The position numbers and the translations under genes are program-made. A stretch of 64,000 bases of DNA, taken from assembly GCA_963726195.1 (NCBI GenBank), contig CAVSBO010000008.1, positions 132,879-196,878 of the forward strand, read 5' to 3'. The notes under the pieces are model-generated. The model saw only the letters and a list, made by a program, of their open reading frames with translations, was not told the origin of the DNA and did no database searches. This document shows, in pieces, positions 40,825-52,184 of the stretch (position 1 is the stretch's first letter; each line of letters opens with the position of its first letter). The stretch is from Candidatus Thorarchaeota archaeon. GTDB taxonomy: Archaea; Asgardarchaeota; Thorarchaeia; Thorarchaeales; Thorarchaeaceae.

Positions 40825-41874
40825 TCACTTCTTGAGATACATCTCTAGTTCATCAAGTTCGATTTGACATAGGTAGATTTGCCTGTACATCTTGAATCCG
40901 AGTCGTCTGTTGATATCCAACATTGGTTCATTCGACGTGGCATTCCCTGTCTGAATCGAAGTCACGGTAGGGAACTCTTTCTTGACCTTGAGAAGAACCG
41001 CACCCTTGAGCCACTTGCCAAGTCCCTTCCCACGGTATTTCTCTTGAACTCCTGTCAACCACTGGTTTAGGATTGATGGCCGAACAGGGAGCCAAGCAAC
41101 GTCGGTCAAACCGGAAATGTCCCCGTTCTTCTCTATCGTCAAGGCAGCAAGATATTTCATTCCTGCTTCAGCAAGCTTCTCCATTCTGTTTCTCCAAGAT
41201 TCGGGAGTGACGATCTCATCGCCGACCTTCAGCTGTTCGCGTGGGGCCTGATTCCCTACCTCGGTGTATACATCGCAGTATTGCCCAAGTATCGTATCAG
41301 GAATCGAGTGAAAGAACACGATGCGCGTCCCGGGAGATCGTTTCGGACCTTCCTTAACCCATGCTTTGACCATGTCCCAGTCCACGCTATCCAGATTGAG
41401 ACGGTTATCCTGCATTGCAAGGGCCTCTTTCCCACCAATGCTACGAACGAGGACGCGCCCAGCCTCATTCATGATTTGCCCTACAATTGATTGTCGTCCT
41501 CTTTCCCTCACTTCATCATATAGCACTGACAGAAGCTTGGCTGCTATTCCCCTCCTACGATATTCTCTGCGCACCGAGAACATGGGCATGTTGCAGATGT
41601 GTTCGTTACCTTTGTAGGATGGAGAAGAGTCCTTCCAAAACAACAGTCGGAAGAATCCCGCGATTTTCTCGTTTTGTTCAGCATCTACAGCCTCGTAAGC
41701 AACTAGGTCATTTTCTGCTGAGTCCGCTTGCATTGCAGACTCCCATGTTTTCCTATCCATCGGGGGGTCCCCGGGCCAGAACTCCTTGGAGTATTCTGCC
41801 AGAAAATCCCCAAATCTCGACCAATCATTCGTTGACTCATGAACTATGTCGTACGGACGTATCTCAATATCCAA
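40825..41874 (-). CDS. Tandem-domain GNAT acetyltransferase
   Basis: VRREYRRRGIA and TGVQEKYRGKGLGKWLK...NEPMLDINRRLGF; likely TTG start LDIEIRPYD. Confidence 0.88.
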   Translation of the reverse strand: MDIEIRPYDIVHESTNDWSRFGDFLAEYSKEFWPGDPPMDRKTWESAMQADSAENDLVAYEAVDAEQNEKIAGFFRLLFWKDSSPSYKGNEHICNMPMFSVRREYRRRGIAAKLLSVLYDEVRERGRQSIVGQIMNEAGRVLVRSIGGKEALAMQDNRLNLDSVDWDMVKAWVKEGPKRSPGTRIVFFHSIPDTILGQYCDVYTEVGNQAPREQLKVGDEIVTPESWRNRMEKLAEAGMKYLAALTIEKNGDISGLTDVAWLPVRPSILNQWLTGVQEKYRGKGLGKWLKGAVLLKVKKEFPTVTSIQTGNATSNEPMLDINRRLGFKMYRQIYLCQIELDELEMYLKK

Positions 41875-42053
41875 TCTGCATTCAACCTCCGGACCACTGG
41901 TTATGGCGAAACTGTCAATCAATGGGTTCGCCACTAGATAAATAGTGCGGGCGAGGACTGAATCTGAGCGACAGAAGCTTGAGACGTCCCGCTTTTCGAC
42001 CCTCATCATCACCCTAGAAGCGACATAATGCTCTTTAGGACCTTCAGACACCG

Positions 42054-43350
42054 TTGAGCATTCGTACAGGGGGTAGCTGTTTGCCTGACAAGCGACTCGT
42101 TCTGAACAACGTCACTTATTTTGATGCTATTCACGGGAAGATGGAAGCAGACAAGAGCATTGTACTTGCCAATGGGAAGATTGACTGGATTGGCGAATCG
42201 TCGTCCTTTGACAAAGAAGAGAATGATCAAGTACTGGATCTCGATGGCAAGTATGCTCTTCCAGGTCTGATTGACTGCCATGTGCATTTGGAAATGGCAA
42301 CGTCAATCAACCAAGAACGGGTATATCTGACCACACCCACGTTCTACTACGGTTACCTGGCGCTGAAGCATGCGCAGGACCATCTGAGAGCAGGCTTCAC
42401 AACGTTGAGGGATTGTGGTGGAGAGAAATGGGGGTCGTCCTTGAAGAAGGCGATTTCTGCTGGACTCTTCAAGGGACCGAGAATCCTTGTTGCTCAGTAT
42501 GGAATTTCACAGTATGGGAATCAAGACATGATGCTGCCTAATGAGCTGCTAGAAGCCTTCTCAAAGAACAGAGAGTTCTCAACCCCAAGTGGCGTCGATG
42601 GTGTGATTCAAGCTGTTCGAGACAGGGTGGTTGTGGGTTCAGATTTCATAAAGACGTTCACAACGGGCGGAATTATGCACGGGGCGAAATCGAAAGTCGA
42701 TAAGACCCTCTTCAATGAGGACGAGCTGAAGGCAATGGTCCAAGAGGCTCATAGAAACAACATGCATGTAGCCAGTCACGCTCACGGAGATGCCGGGATT
42801 CGCTTGGCGGTTGACGCGGGAATCGATACGATTGAACACGGTAGCATGGTCTCTGACGAAACGGCAAAGGTCATGATTAGGAAAGGAACCTACCTTGTAC
42901 CGACGCATAGAGCATATGCTGAACTACATGATTCCGACATCATGTCAAAGCTTGAACCTGAGGTAGTGACGAAACTTAACCAAGTCTTTGACGTGATGCT
43001 AGACTGCCACAGGATGGCATTCAAGAAGGGAGTAAGGTTCGCACTGGGAACCGATTCAGTTGGTGACGCAGCTCCTCATGGGACCTCCGCAAAGGAGATT
43101 GCTCTAATGATGACGGAGGTTGGTATGAGTGCAGTCCAAGCATTGCAGTGTGCAACTATAGAAGCAGCTGAAAGCGATCAAGCTTGGAGACGAGATAGGG
43201 TCCATTGAAACTGGAAAGGCTGGTGATATCATCGTGGTGAACTCCAACCCGTTGGAGGATGTAACCGTTCTGCAGGACTTGACCAACATCGAGTATGTGA
43301 TCAAGGATGCCCAGATTGGTGCAACAAGGGGTAGTCTGGTCGGGCTTTAG
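42054..43350 (+). CDS. Metal-dependent amidohydrolase (frameshift near 43170)
   Basis: PGLIDCHVH, GFTTLRD, ASHAHG, IEHG, ALGTD, then GSIETGKAGDIIVV..NPLED. Confidence 0.9.
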
Positions 43351-43410
43351 AAGTGGCATTCCCGTTAAGATGTTTCGACCATGTGAGTTTGTAGCACCAC
43401 AGCTCCTGCG

Positions 43411-44931
43411 TTAATCACCATACAGCTCCGAATACTTCCGTTTCAGGTATCTGAGATAGGGTTTCGCAGAAGCTTCCTTCCCGGTGACATTCTTGATGAG
43501 GTCAAGCGCATCGTACAGCGAACCTTTCTGATGGATGTTCTCCTTCATCCATGTCATGGCCGGCTTAGGTTCGCCCTTTTCGATTTGCTGCTTCCAGTCG
43601 GGTATGCGCCTCTCCATTGCCTCAGCGAGCTGGGCCGAGAAAATGTGTCCTAGTGCATAACACGGGAAATAGCCAAAAGCCTGCCTAGCCCATTGTGCGT
43701 CCTGCAGTGCACCCTCGCTATCATCTCGGACAGTGACACCTAGGTACTTCTCATACTTCTCCTTCCAAATCCCGGGTATCTCCGACACCGAGATCTTGTT
43801 CGCGAACATGGCCTTCTCGATCTCAAAGCGTATTATGAGATGAAGCGGATGTGTGACTTCATCGCTGCCTCCTCTTATCGGAGAAGGTCGAACCACACTA
43901 ATTGCCTCGGTAAATTCCTCAGCAGTTACGTCCGAGAACATGTCCTGTGTCAGCTTGTTCAGACGCGGCAAGAAGTAGCGGATGAAGTGGGGTGAGCGAC
44001 CGATTATATTCTGCACGAATATTGACTGGGACTCATGTGTTCCGAGGCCTTCTGGAAGTCCAACCAGCTCGTACTCCCACTCCCTGTTGAGATTCATCTC
44101 GTAGAGGGCATGACCACCTTCGTGCAACAAAATGAGAACGGGCATGAAGACGTCATTCTCATAGTAATGCAGTGCAATCCTGACATCATCGTACCTTCCA
44201 GTTGAGAAAGGATGTTCGGTCTCACCCAGCTTTCCCGTAGCATGCTCCGATTTGATATCAAAGCCTACGAAATCCGCAATGTCCTCAACTATCTTGACTT
44301 GCACGCTCTTCTCGACCTTCCTCTTCAAGAAGTCCGTCCGTACACTTTTTGATGCTTCTGCGTATCTCTTGACAAGTGGCACGATACCACTCTGGATTTC
44401 CCTGAACACCTTCGAATAGTAGTCAGAGGTCATTCCCGGTTCGAGCAAGTCAAGGCAGACATCGTAAGGGTCGGTTAGGCCGAGAGAATCCATGAGGAGG
44501 TCTGAACAACGTAGTTGCATCTCTAGCCTCTTCTCAAGATGAGGCTGAAACACCTTCCAGTCTTTCTCTGCCTTTGCTTTCAGCCACGCGTCGTAGGTAA
44601 CCGTTTCCTGCTTCCGGATTTCTGCTGATAGCTCCTCGGGAATCCGTGTTTCGCGATCGTAGAGGCGACGAAGGAGAAACAGATTCCGCTGTTGGACTTC
44701 TGTAAGGGACGAAGCGTCAGGACTTGCTGCAACTGTTTCCAGTAGTCGTCCAATCTCGGGATTGGTGACCATCCTGTGATGCAGTCTTTCCAGAAAGGAG
44801 TTCTGCTCAGCTCTCTGTGTGGCAGCTCCCCGGGGCATACCTGTGTACGTATCCCAGTCGAGTGTATTCATCACCGAGTACAGCATCGGAATCTCTCGCG
44901 AGAGCTCAATAAGCCGGTCATAGGACTGCAT
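43411..44931 (-). CDS. M32 carboxypeptidase (Taq-like)
   Basis: EHPFS, HEGGHALYE, HESQS, IRFEIEK, GYFPCYALG. Confidence 0.93.
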   Translation of the reverse strand: MQSYDRLIELSREIPMLYSVMNTLDWDTYTGMPRGAATQRAEQNSFLERLHHRMVTNPEIGRLLETVAASPDASSLTEVQQRNLFLLRRLYDRETRIPEELSAEIRKQETVTYDAWLKAKAEKDWKVFQPHLEKRLEMQLRCSDLLMDSLGLTDPYDVCLDLLEPGMTSDYYSKVFREIQSGIVPLVKRYAEASKSVRTDFLKRKVEKSVQVKIVEDIADFVGFDIKSEHATGKLGETEHPFSTGRYDDVRIALHYYENDVFMPVLILLHEGGHALYEMNLNREWEYELVGLPEGLGTHESQSIFVQNIIGRSPHFIRYFLPRLNKLTQDMFSDVTAEEFTEAISVVRPSPIRGGSDEVTHPLHLIIRFEIEKAMFANKISVSEIPGIWKEKYEKYLGVTVRDDSEGALQDAQWARQAFGYFPCYALGHIFSAQLAEAMERRIPDWKQQIEKGEPKPAMTWMKENIHQKGSLYDALDLIKNVTGKEASAKPYLRYLKRKYSELYGD

Positions 44932-45230
44932 CTCTTCTCCCAGCCTCTGACATACCGTTGATTAACTGTCGGTATGCTTCTACTAATCTCTTCCGACATC
45001 TTGAGTCGCTTGGAGTTCTGAGGATGGAGTCCTTCGGCAAATCTCGAGTCAAACGCTGAACCAACCAAAAGGCAAGACTGCGTGCTCTGTCAATACGAGC
45101 CAAACACAGCCCAAAATCAGTCTGCTCCGCTGCTTCGATGGCAAGAGAAGGATGAAGAGCAACAAGCTGTCCGGCCCCCTTGGAAGGGATTAGCCTATTG
45201 GCAATCCTCTTTCTTGTCTGCAAGGTTGAT

Positions 45231-45827
45231 TCAAGTGTCATGTGGTCCCCGTGGATGGCTTGATTTACGGGCTTGATTGTCCTTGATTGCTTCTCCTTTC
45301 AGGGATGGTGCTCCTTTATCATACTTGTATAGTCGAGGATCGACCTTTCTCCAAGCTCCTGTTCCGCTTGAGAAGGTCTCACGGTCCTTCTCAGTGGTGG
45401 GAACGATATCAACCGTACACTTGTCATCACCACATGTTTCACATGTGATATGAATCATCTTCGCTTCTGGCTGCTTCGCCATCATCTTGGCCGCATCCAC
45501 ATAGCAGTACATGTGTCCGATATCGAGAGCATCCTGCTCCTTGAACACCTTCGCAATCAGACAACCCCTTACGTAGTATTTTCCTTGTGCAGTTTCTCCG
45601 GTTTCGTTATACAAGCCAAAGGATATTGGATTGAGCGTTGGGTCTGGACGCTCCGCACATCCCCTGCCATACTCAATCATTGCTTTTGCAATTAGGTCGA
45701 GTCCCCTCTCTCTTCCGTGCTCTTGTAGCAAGACTCTTGAGAAAGCCAGATGAAGCAATGCAAGTCTGATTATATTCTCCTGCATTTCTCTCTTCGTATC
45801 TTCTGATAACGTCGCAGATTCAGACAT
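45231..45827 (-). CDS. ATC-hydrolase-like (V4R-related) protein, paralog 1
   Basis: RLALLHLAFS, GCLIAKVF, YCYVDAAK, CGDDKC. Confidence 0.7.
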   Translation of the reverse strand: MSESATLSEDTKREMQENIIRLALLHLAFSRVLLQEHGRERGLDLIAKAMIEYGRGCAERPDPTLNPISFGLYNETGETAQGKYYVRGCLIAKVFKEQDALDIGHMYCYVDAAKMMAKQPEAKMIHITCETCGDDKCTVDIVPTTEKDRETFSSGTGAWRKVDPRLYKYDKGAPSLKGEAIKDNQARKSSHPRGPHDT

Positions 45828-45965
45828 CCTTTCGCCTCCCTAGTGCTCGTGTGATATGTGGCAAGAGTCTTCTGCAGAGTCGCACTAATCTCCTCCGGTT
45901 TCAACCTAGGACTCCGAAATACCAGATATGGAATCAATGTCCTCTATTCTGATATCGGGGACCAG

Positions 45966-46034
45966 CGGAGAAGGAAGAGAGAGGACGAGCCTCTCGCAAT
46001 TGCTGAGTCTGACTACATCTGTTTCTCTTGTCCG
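45966..46034 (-). repeat. ~70-bp dispersed hairpin repeat, copy C
   Basis: CGGAGAAGGAAGAGAGAGGACGAGC...GACTACATCTGTTTCTCTTGTCCG; starts about 10 nt after the stop of the 46045 gene. Confidence 0.7.
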
Positions 46035-46044
46035 TGATGATGGT

Positions 46045-46644
46045 TTAACTACCATGTCTTTTCCTAAGATGGCTTGATCGGCGGATTCGATTGTCCTCAA
46101 TTGCTCCTTCTTTCAGGGAAGGGTCTCCTTTGTCATACTCGTAGAGTCGAGGGTCGACCTTTCTCCAAGCCCCTGTTCGGCTTGAGAAGGTCTCGCGGTC
46201 CTTCTGAGTGGTAGGAACGACATCGACCGTACATCCATCATCACCGCACGCTTCACTTGTCAAGTGAATCATCTTCTCCTCCGGATTCCGCGACATCGTC
46301 TTGGCTGGATCCACGTAGCAGTACATGTGCCCAACATCTAGTGCGTTCTGCTCTTTGAACACCTTCGCCAACGTACAGCCCTTGACACACAGCTTCCCCT
46401 CTTCGGATTCTTCGAATTCCTCATTCAATCCAAGATTAGTTAGGTCCGGGAGTCCTTTCTGCAACCGCTCTGCAATCCTCTTGCCGTAGTCAATCATTGC
46501 CTTTGCGATTAGGTCGAGTCCTCTCTCTCTTCCGTGCTCCTCTATCAAGACTTTGGAGAACGCTATATGGAGCAAGGCGAGTCTGGATAATGCGCCTTCT
46601 GCTGCTAGTTTAGCATCTTCTATTGATATTATAGAATCTGACAT
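46045..46644 (-). CDS. ATC-hydrolase-like protein, paralog 2 (tandem duplicate)
   Basis: Highly similar to 45231..45827. Confidence 0.7.
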   Translation of the reverse strand: MSDSIISIEDAKLAAEGALSRLALLHIAFSKVLIEEHGRERGLDLIAKAMIDYGKRIAERLQKGLPDLTNLGLNEEFEESEEGKLCVKGCTLAKVFKEQNALDVGHMYCYVDPAKTMSRNPEEKMIHLTSEACGDDGCTVDVVPTTQKDRETFSSRTGAWRKVDPRLYEYDKGDPSLKEGAIEDNRIRRSSHLRKRHGS

Positions 46645-46820
46645 CTCCGTATCACTCCACCGACGATATGCACGACGGAATGCTCCTGCAGGGACTGATG
46701 GTTACTAATCAACATTCCGAAACTGGAGTGAGAGCAGCTCTTCCTCAGGACACGAGTTCCGTGAAACGGGAAAATCTATTGTTAGCAAAGGACGAATGGA
46801 AGTGGACCTGAGCATCCTCC

Positions 46821-47630
46821 TTACCTTCCCTCTGTGTCTTTGGATGGAGTTCTCAACCAAGATACTATTCTGTCTGCCACCTGACTCCTGACATTCTCAA
46901 AGGAATGGTCTGTGTCAAGGATTTCTATTTGCACTTGCTTGGCTTCATGCCTTTGTAATGCCGTGATGAAAGGCAGTATGTGGTGCTCCATATCCGCTTG
47001 TTGGTCACGCCATCCACCAATTATCAGAATGTCCTTGCTAGACAGTGCGTCCGCATGCTTGACCAAGTCGTACTTGTCCAGGTCTGCAAGCAGATCAGCG
47101 ATGATTTCCCTAGGATTCGCTCTCAGGCCTGCGTCGGAAACACCTTCCTCTATGCTCTTCTCAATCGCTTGTCTGTATTCATCACTCTGCTTCATCATCC
47201 TTCCGGCTTCGCCAAGGTTGCCTCCAGCAATGTCAACTACTCTTTTCACTGAGGCGTCACTCAACGAACCAAGCAGAGCCATGCCGCCACCATAACTGTA
47301 TCCGATAACGGCGATGTGTGACGGGTCAACATTGAATTCCTTGACAACGGAACTCGATTTCACGTAGCAAATTGCCGAGATTACATCCTCCAATGAGTTC
47401 GCATCCTTGAATAGCCCTCCGCTTCCCCAAGAGCCACGATAGTTGAAAGCAAGAGCATTGAACCCTTCTTTCATCAATCTCTCGCCAAGACCAAACACGT
47501 CTCCGTCACTTCCAGGAAAGCCGTGGCAAAGGACAACCGTTGGCGATGGTTTGCCTCCAGAGGCTTTGTAGAAAAGGCCATGGATGTTCGCACCGTTACT
47601 CTCAAACACGACTGGGACTGGCTTCTTCAT
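46821..47630 (-). CDS. Alpha/beta hydrolase, paralog 2
   Basis: HGFPG, GYSYGG, TDHSF; near-identical C-terminus to the 39748 gene. Confidence 0.9.
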   Translation of the reverse strand: MKKPVPVVFESNGANIHGLFYKASGGKPSPTVVLCHGFPGSDGDVFGLGERLMKEGFNALAFNYRGSWGSGGLFKDANSLEDVISAICYVKSSSVVKEFNVDPSHIAVIGYSYGGGMALLGSLSDASVKRVVDIAGGNLGEAGRMMKQSDEYRQAIEKSIEEGVSDAGLRANPREIIADLLADLDKYDLVKHADALSSKDILIIGGWRDQQADMEHHILPFITALQRHEAKQVQIEILDTDHSFENVRSQVADRIVSWLRTPSKDTEGR

Positions 47631-47758
47631 CTCACATCAAAAGACTGTCTGTCCACAAACCGGTCTTAAAGACTTGCAGGAGATACTTGCACGAGGCATG
47701 GAGTCCTGCAATGCGAACCCGTTGTACGACTGCATCTTCGGTGGAGTTATGTTCACAT

Positions 47759-47827
47759 GGACGGGGAAGAGAGAGGACGAGTCTCTCTCAACATGACAGA
47801 CGGACTACATCTGCTTCTCTTGTCTGC
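47759..47827 (-). repeat. ~70-bp dispersed hairpin repeat, copy D
   Basis: GGAAGAGAGAGGACGAG...GACTACATCTGCTTCTCTTGTCTG. Confidence 0.7.
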
Positions 47828-47949
47828 GAGGCAAGAAGTCTGTTCCGAATATCTCTCTGCCCATCAAACGTCAAGACAAGGAATTGGTAGTCAAAAGTGA
47901 AGAGAGGCACCAAATCTATATACGACCTCCATCCGAAATCCTGTAGTAC

Positions 47950-49334
47950 TTGAAGGGGGATCAGCGAGGATTGATCAGTCAAGAGCCCGTAGAATCTAGG
48001 AATCGCGGACTGATGGGTCTACTAAGGGAGTATCCTTGGGACTTCATGGTCTTTCTTATTCTGGCTCTTGCGATACCGAGAATCTACAGCTTGGTCAACA
48101 CATTCTGGGTCGGTCATATTGACTACAGCTCATTGGCCATTGCCGAACAATACGAGTTCATGGGCATCTCAATTGAGATAATCAACGAAACCATCCCCTT
48201 TGGAGTACTTGCGCTTGTGAGCCAGAACTATCGCAGTCGTGATGCGGTCGTCAGACAGCTCATCGCGGGGATGGGACTGCGACTTCTGTTCTCGACTGGG
48301 CTCGCTCTCTTCATGCTTCTGAATATGCCACTGTTTGTCAATTTCATCGGAACCCCGCCGGACTGGTTGAGCGGACCGTGTCCTATCTTTCGCTCCGCGC
48401 CATCAGCTTTGCCCTTCAATTCCCTGGCTTTGCTCTTGGTTCTCGGTTTGAAATCCATGGACAAAGCCAAGCTGGCCCTGCTCATAGTCACTCTGAACAC
48501 GGGCATGAACATGGTACTGGATCTCTTCCTCGTATCTCAGTTACCTTTCTCTCTTCAGTCCTAGGTCTTCAGGGTGTTGCAGAGGGCTACCTGATTTCAA
48601 ACGTGTTCTACTGTGCCCTAGCTGTCGTCGCAGCATTGCACACATTGCGGATTAGACGACAGGAGTGGGGTCTTACTTCCTTGAAATCGGAAACCAAACC
48701 TCTGTTCAATGTGGGGGGCTGGACCGGGATTGACTCATTCGTGCGCAATTTCTTCTACTTCTTCGTGCTTCAGGTCTTGAATTACATGGGGCCAAACCAG
48801 TATGCGGGCTTCCAACTCTTCCAGAAGCTGATGTGGACTGCATTGATTCCTGTGCTTGCAATTGCAGACGGCACAAGCATCCGAGTGGGTAACTACCTCA
48901 AGACCGACCAGGCCAGATATCGCATACCTCGTCTTCTGATGGTGTCTGCATTCCTAGGATTCTGCATCATAGGCGTCTTTGGCCTGCTCGGATTGGTGGC
49001 GATTGACGCGATGGGCTTCGCTTTCACGTCCAATCCCGATGTCGTGCACTACTGCAGTATAATGTTCTTCTGGCAAATCATTCCATATGTCTTGTTTGCG
49101 GTGTCGACGAATCTCAGAGGCCTGTTCTTCGGGACTGGTAAGACCTACTACATCTTGATCATCAGTCTGATACTCAACCTCTTCATCATCCTGCCCTTCT
49201 TCCTGTTGATGAGTTCGGCATTGCTGCCTCAGGCGTACGAGTCGGTGATGCTCATGTTTGTGCTCGTCGACTTCGTAGACATACTCATCACCTATGCACT
49301 AGTAAGGCGTCTTCTTGGGCGACTGTTCCACTGA
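47950..49334 (+). CDS. MATE-family efflux transporter (frameshifted)
   Basis: About 12 TM over two ORFs; NTGMNMVLDLFLV, LRGLFFGTGKT. Confidence 0.75.
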
Positions 49335-49387
49335 GGCATGATGCTGAACTCTGGAGCTACGGGTGAGAAGGGATTTATCTTACTCAT

Positions 49388-50452
49388 GTGCAGTCAGCAC
49401 AGGCTGCAAAGTGGTTTGGAGGCCTGTTCTTGGTGGACGGAATCGCTGTTCATGATATTGCTGTATTCTGGGACTTCCAAAATATAGGTATGAAGCAAGA
49501 CTCGAGTTTCGCCACAGACGTCCTTGGGTTCCTCAAAGGCAGAGGGCGCGTAGTGGCTGCATACGCATATGCTGATTGGCTGCATGCACCTGAGGAGACC
49601 GCGAATGTACTCTTCAGGAATCGCTATGAGCTGATTCATGTTCCTTCTCCTACGAAGAACAGTGCAGATGTCCTCATGACTGCACATGCGATGGCCCATC
49701 TGATGAGTGCACCTACAATCATGGAGTATGCGTTAATCAGCAAAGACTATGACTTCAGACCCCTTGTTGCCAATCTTCAAAGGATGGGAAAGAGGGTTCT
49801 GCTGATTTGTCGGCCCCTTGAGGTGAACCCTGATCTGATAGGAATGGTCGACGACTATGTTGACATTCAGAGCTTGCGCACCTACGTAGACGAAAGTGTT
49901 TCGGAACAAGAGCCGAAGTGGCTGAGGAAGAGCCACCAGACAAGGAATTGGAGCGAAGAAGCGCCTTTGCGCAGCTTCAGGAATCAGTCAGGATGATTGC
50001 AGCACGAGGAAACATACCGGGCATAGGATACACAAAAACCGTGATGACTTCACTGAACCCGGGATTCGACGAGGTTAAGCTGGGGTCTGCAACTTGGGGC
50101 GAATTCGTGACTGCTGCCGCTGATGCTGGTTTCGTTGTGTTGGAAGGCCACGGCGCAAGCACCGTATTGAAAGTTCCAATCAAACTGAGCCGCAGCACCA
50201 AGGACTCACTTGACTCGCTTCAGAAGGGTTTCGACTCTCTCGTTTCGACCGTGCGCAAAATGGAGTATGAGAAGAAGAGCACTGAGCTGAGTACTAGTGG
50301 CCTCGCTCATGCACAACAACGACCCCTCCTTCAGCCATGCGAATCTCGGTTTCCGGAAGTTTTTCGACTTCGTGAAAGCTGCCGAGCAAAGAGGGCTGGT
50401 GAATATTGAGCTAGTTCTGGCCAAACGACCGCTTGTTCATTCAGTGGACTGA
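49388..50452 (+). CDS. NYN-domain RNase with LOTUS/OST-HTH domains (frameshifted)
   Basis: AVFWDFQNI, KNSADV, LISKDYDFRPLV..LQRMGKRV; NPGFDEVKLG and FSHANLGFRKF.DFVKAA LOTUS-like repeats. Confidence 0.85.
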
Positions 50453-50481
50453 GTTGCCCGCTTCACTTTGCTCACGCGTGT

Positions 50482-50865
50482 CTATTCTGAAGACATGGAC
50501 TCTATCCTATCAAACTCCTCTCGCAGAAGTTTCCACGACGACTCGAACTCGTCCGCCTTTCCTTTCAGATGATTCACATGAGTGTCATACAGTGTGGACC
50601 AGAGCCTGATTTAGTTTCTTGAAGTGGGCGCCGAGTCTGAGAATCTGGTCCTGCACCTTTTGCGCTTCTTCTGACAGCTTCTTAGCATGAACGCCTGCCT
50701 TGATTAGTTCCATCTTGTGGCCGAGAGTTAGAGGAGATACGACCTGCACTCCTTTCTTGGTATAATCGTTAAGAAATCAAAGGCCTCCGTGGCTAGGAAC
50801 CAGTAAACCCCTTCAGACGGAATGTAGGCGAACGCGAACTCGGCTGAACCCTTCAGTGGACAGAC
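50482..50865 (-). pseudogene. rmuC: C-terminal fragment of DNA recombination protein RmuC
   Basis: Not in the ORF track; manual translation VCPLKGSAEFAFAYIPSEGVYWFL...GVQVVSPLTL...KKLSEEAQKV. Confidence 0.7.
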
Positions 50866-51111
50866 AAGACCGGGTTGCAGACGGACTGGCGAGACTGCGT
50901 ATTGGACCGTCTATTAAGAAGACTGTTGCCGACCTCGAGCTCAAACTGCAAGGGCCCGATACGGATGAGATTCAGGCTGTTAAAGCGCTATTCCTCTTTC
51001 ATCCCTCAGAGAGAAGTGGTATAGGCTGGCGCTGTGACCTGAAGCTCAAGGACCTTGTGAGGACGGCATCGCATCAGCAATCGAGTGACTCTTGAACAAC
51101 CCTCTAGCCTA

Positions 51112-52095
51112 TTATAGAGTCAAAGACGAGTTCCATCTCGTTTCGAACGCCAACTCCAAAGGCTGCCTGATGTCTTCTCCCAGAGGTACAATGAAAGTTT
51201 CTTTCTTGCCGAGGTCCTTCAGACTGTGACCAACGAGCCACATGTGGGTCTCCGATAATACGTACCTGTCATGTATATCCGGTGTCGTTTTCCTTACTTC
51301 TGTGCTTGGATGCTCCTGTTTGAAATCGCCTAGAGTCCTGATGAATAGACTTTCATACTCAACTTTATGAGTGATTATGCGAATCTCGATGCTTGCGTCA
51401 ATCTTCTTGAGGATATCCAGTAACCGGATTCCAACATATGGGTCACAAATCCAGACTCTCTTCTTCGGTTTGGACATGATATCTTCAATCAGAATCTGTT
51501 TCGCACTGTATGGTTTGCCGGGCTCAATATAGAATATGTCCGACTTCACATCGTTGTCCGAGCCGAACTTCACCATGAGCTTCTTCTCTTTGCGACGAGA
51601 ATTCCCGCATCCCTGCCGCTCTTGACCAGCATGTCAATGAAGGAATCCACATGCTTCTCCTTCACACTGTATTCTTTCTCAAGCAGAGTTCTGAAGTATT
51701 CTTCATCGTAGGGAAACTCCCCGCTTATCGTAATTGCTGAACACATTCCTGAAAGACTCGACGTTGTTTATTGCTTGTCTTAACAGCTCAGGTTTTGTTG
51801 ATTCGGTGCCGAGCACCAACGAGCTCCCCAAGGCGGTAAGAAAGACTTTCTGAGAACTGGGATTCTTCTTAACGAGGCCAAACTCAGTCGCCGCGCCTAC
51901 CATGTCAGCTTTTCTGCTACTGCCTTTTGAGATGCCCACTCTCTCAGCGACAGCAGTAAGATCGCAGGACTTTCCATTACCAAGCTCCTGTATTGCCTTG
52001 GCGAATCCGAGAGCCTCGCTTAGGCGAATCACTGGCATTGGTCTGGCCGGGCCTCGCACTCTTGGATGCGTTTGCCTCCCTTGAGCCCTACTCAT
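51112..52095 (-). CDS. wHTH N-terminal domain fused to a PLD-like (HDR-type) nuclease domain (two frameshifts)
   Basis: ORFs joined through EFPYDEEYFRTLLEKEY; C-terminal ICDPY...IHDRYVL...VGHSLKDLGKK. Confidence 0.7.
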
Positions 52096-52184
52096 GATAT
52101 GTCATGAGAGAAGGTTCCAATACATGTAATGAATCTTGCTGTGCAAAATTGGAACTACGAAGCCGACAGCAGGACACTCTGACG

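Noticed and set aside
26289-47827. 70-bp hairpins as SECIS elements or canonical attC sites
   Set aside because: Upstream genes have no in-frame TGA at Cys positions; no RYYYAAC/GTTRRRY boxes and no integrase in the window
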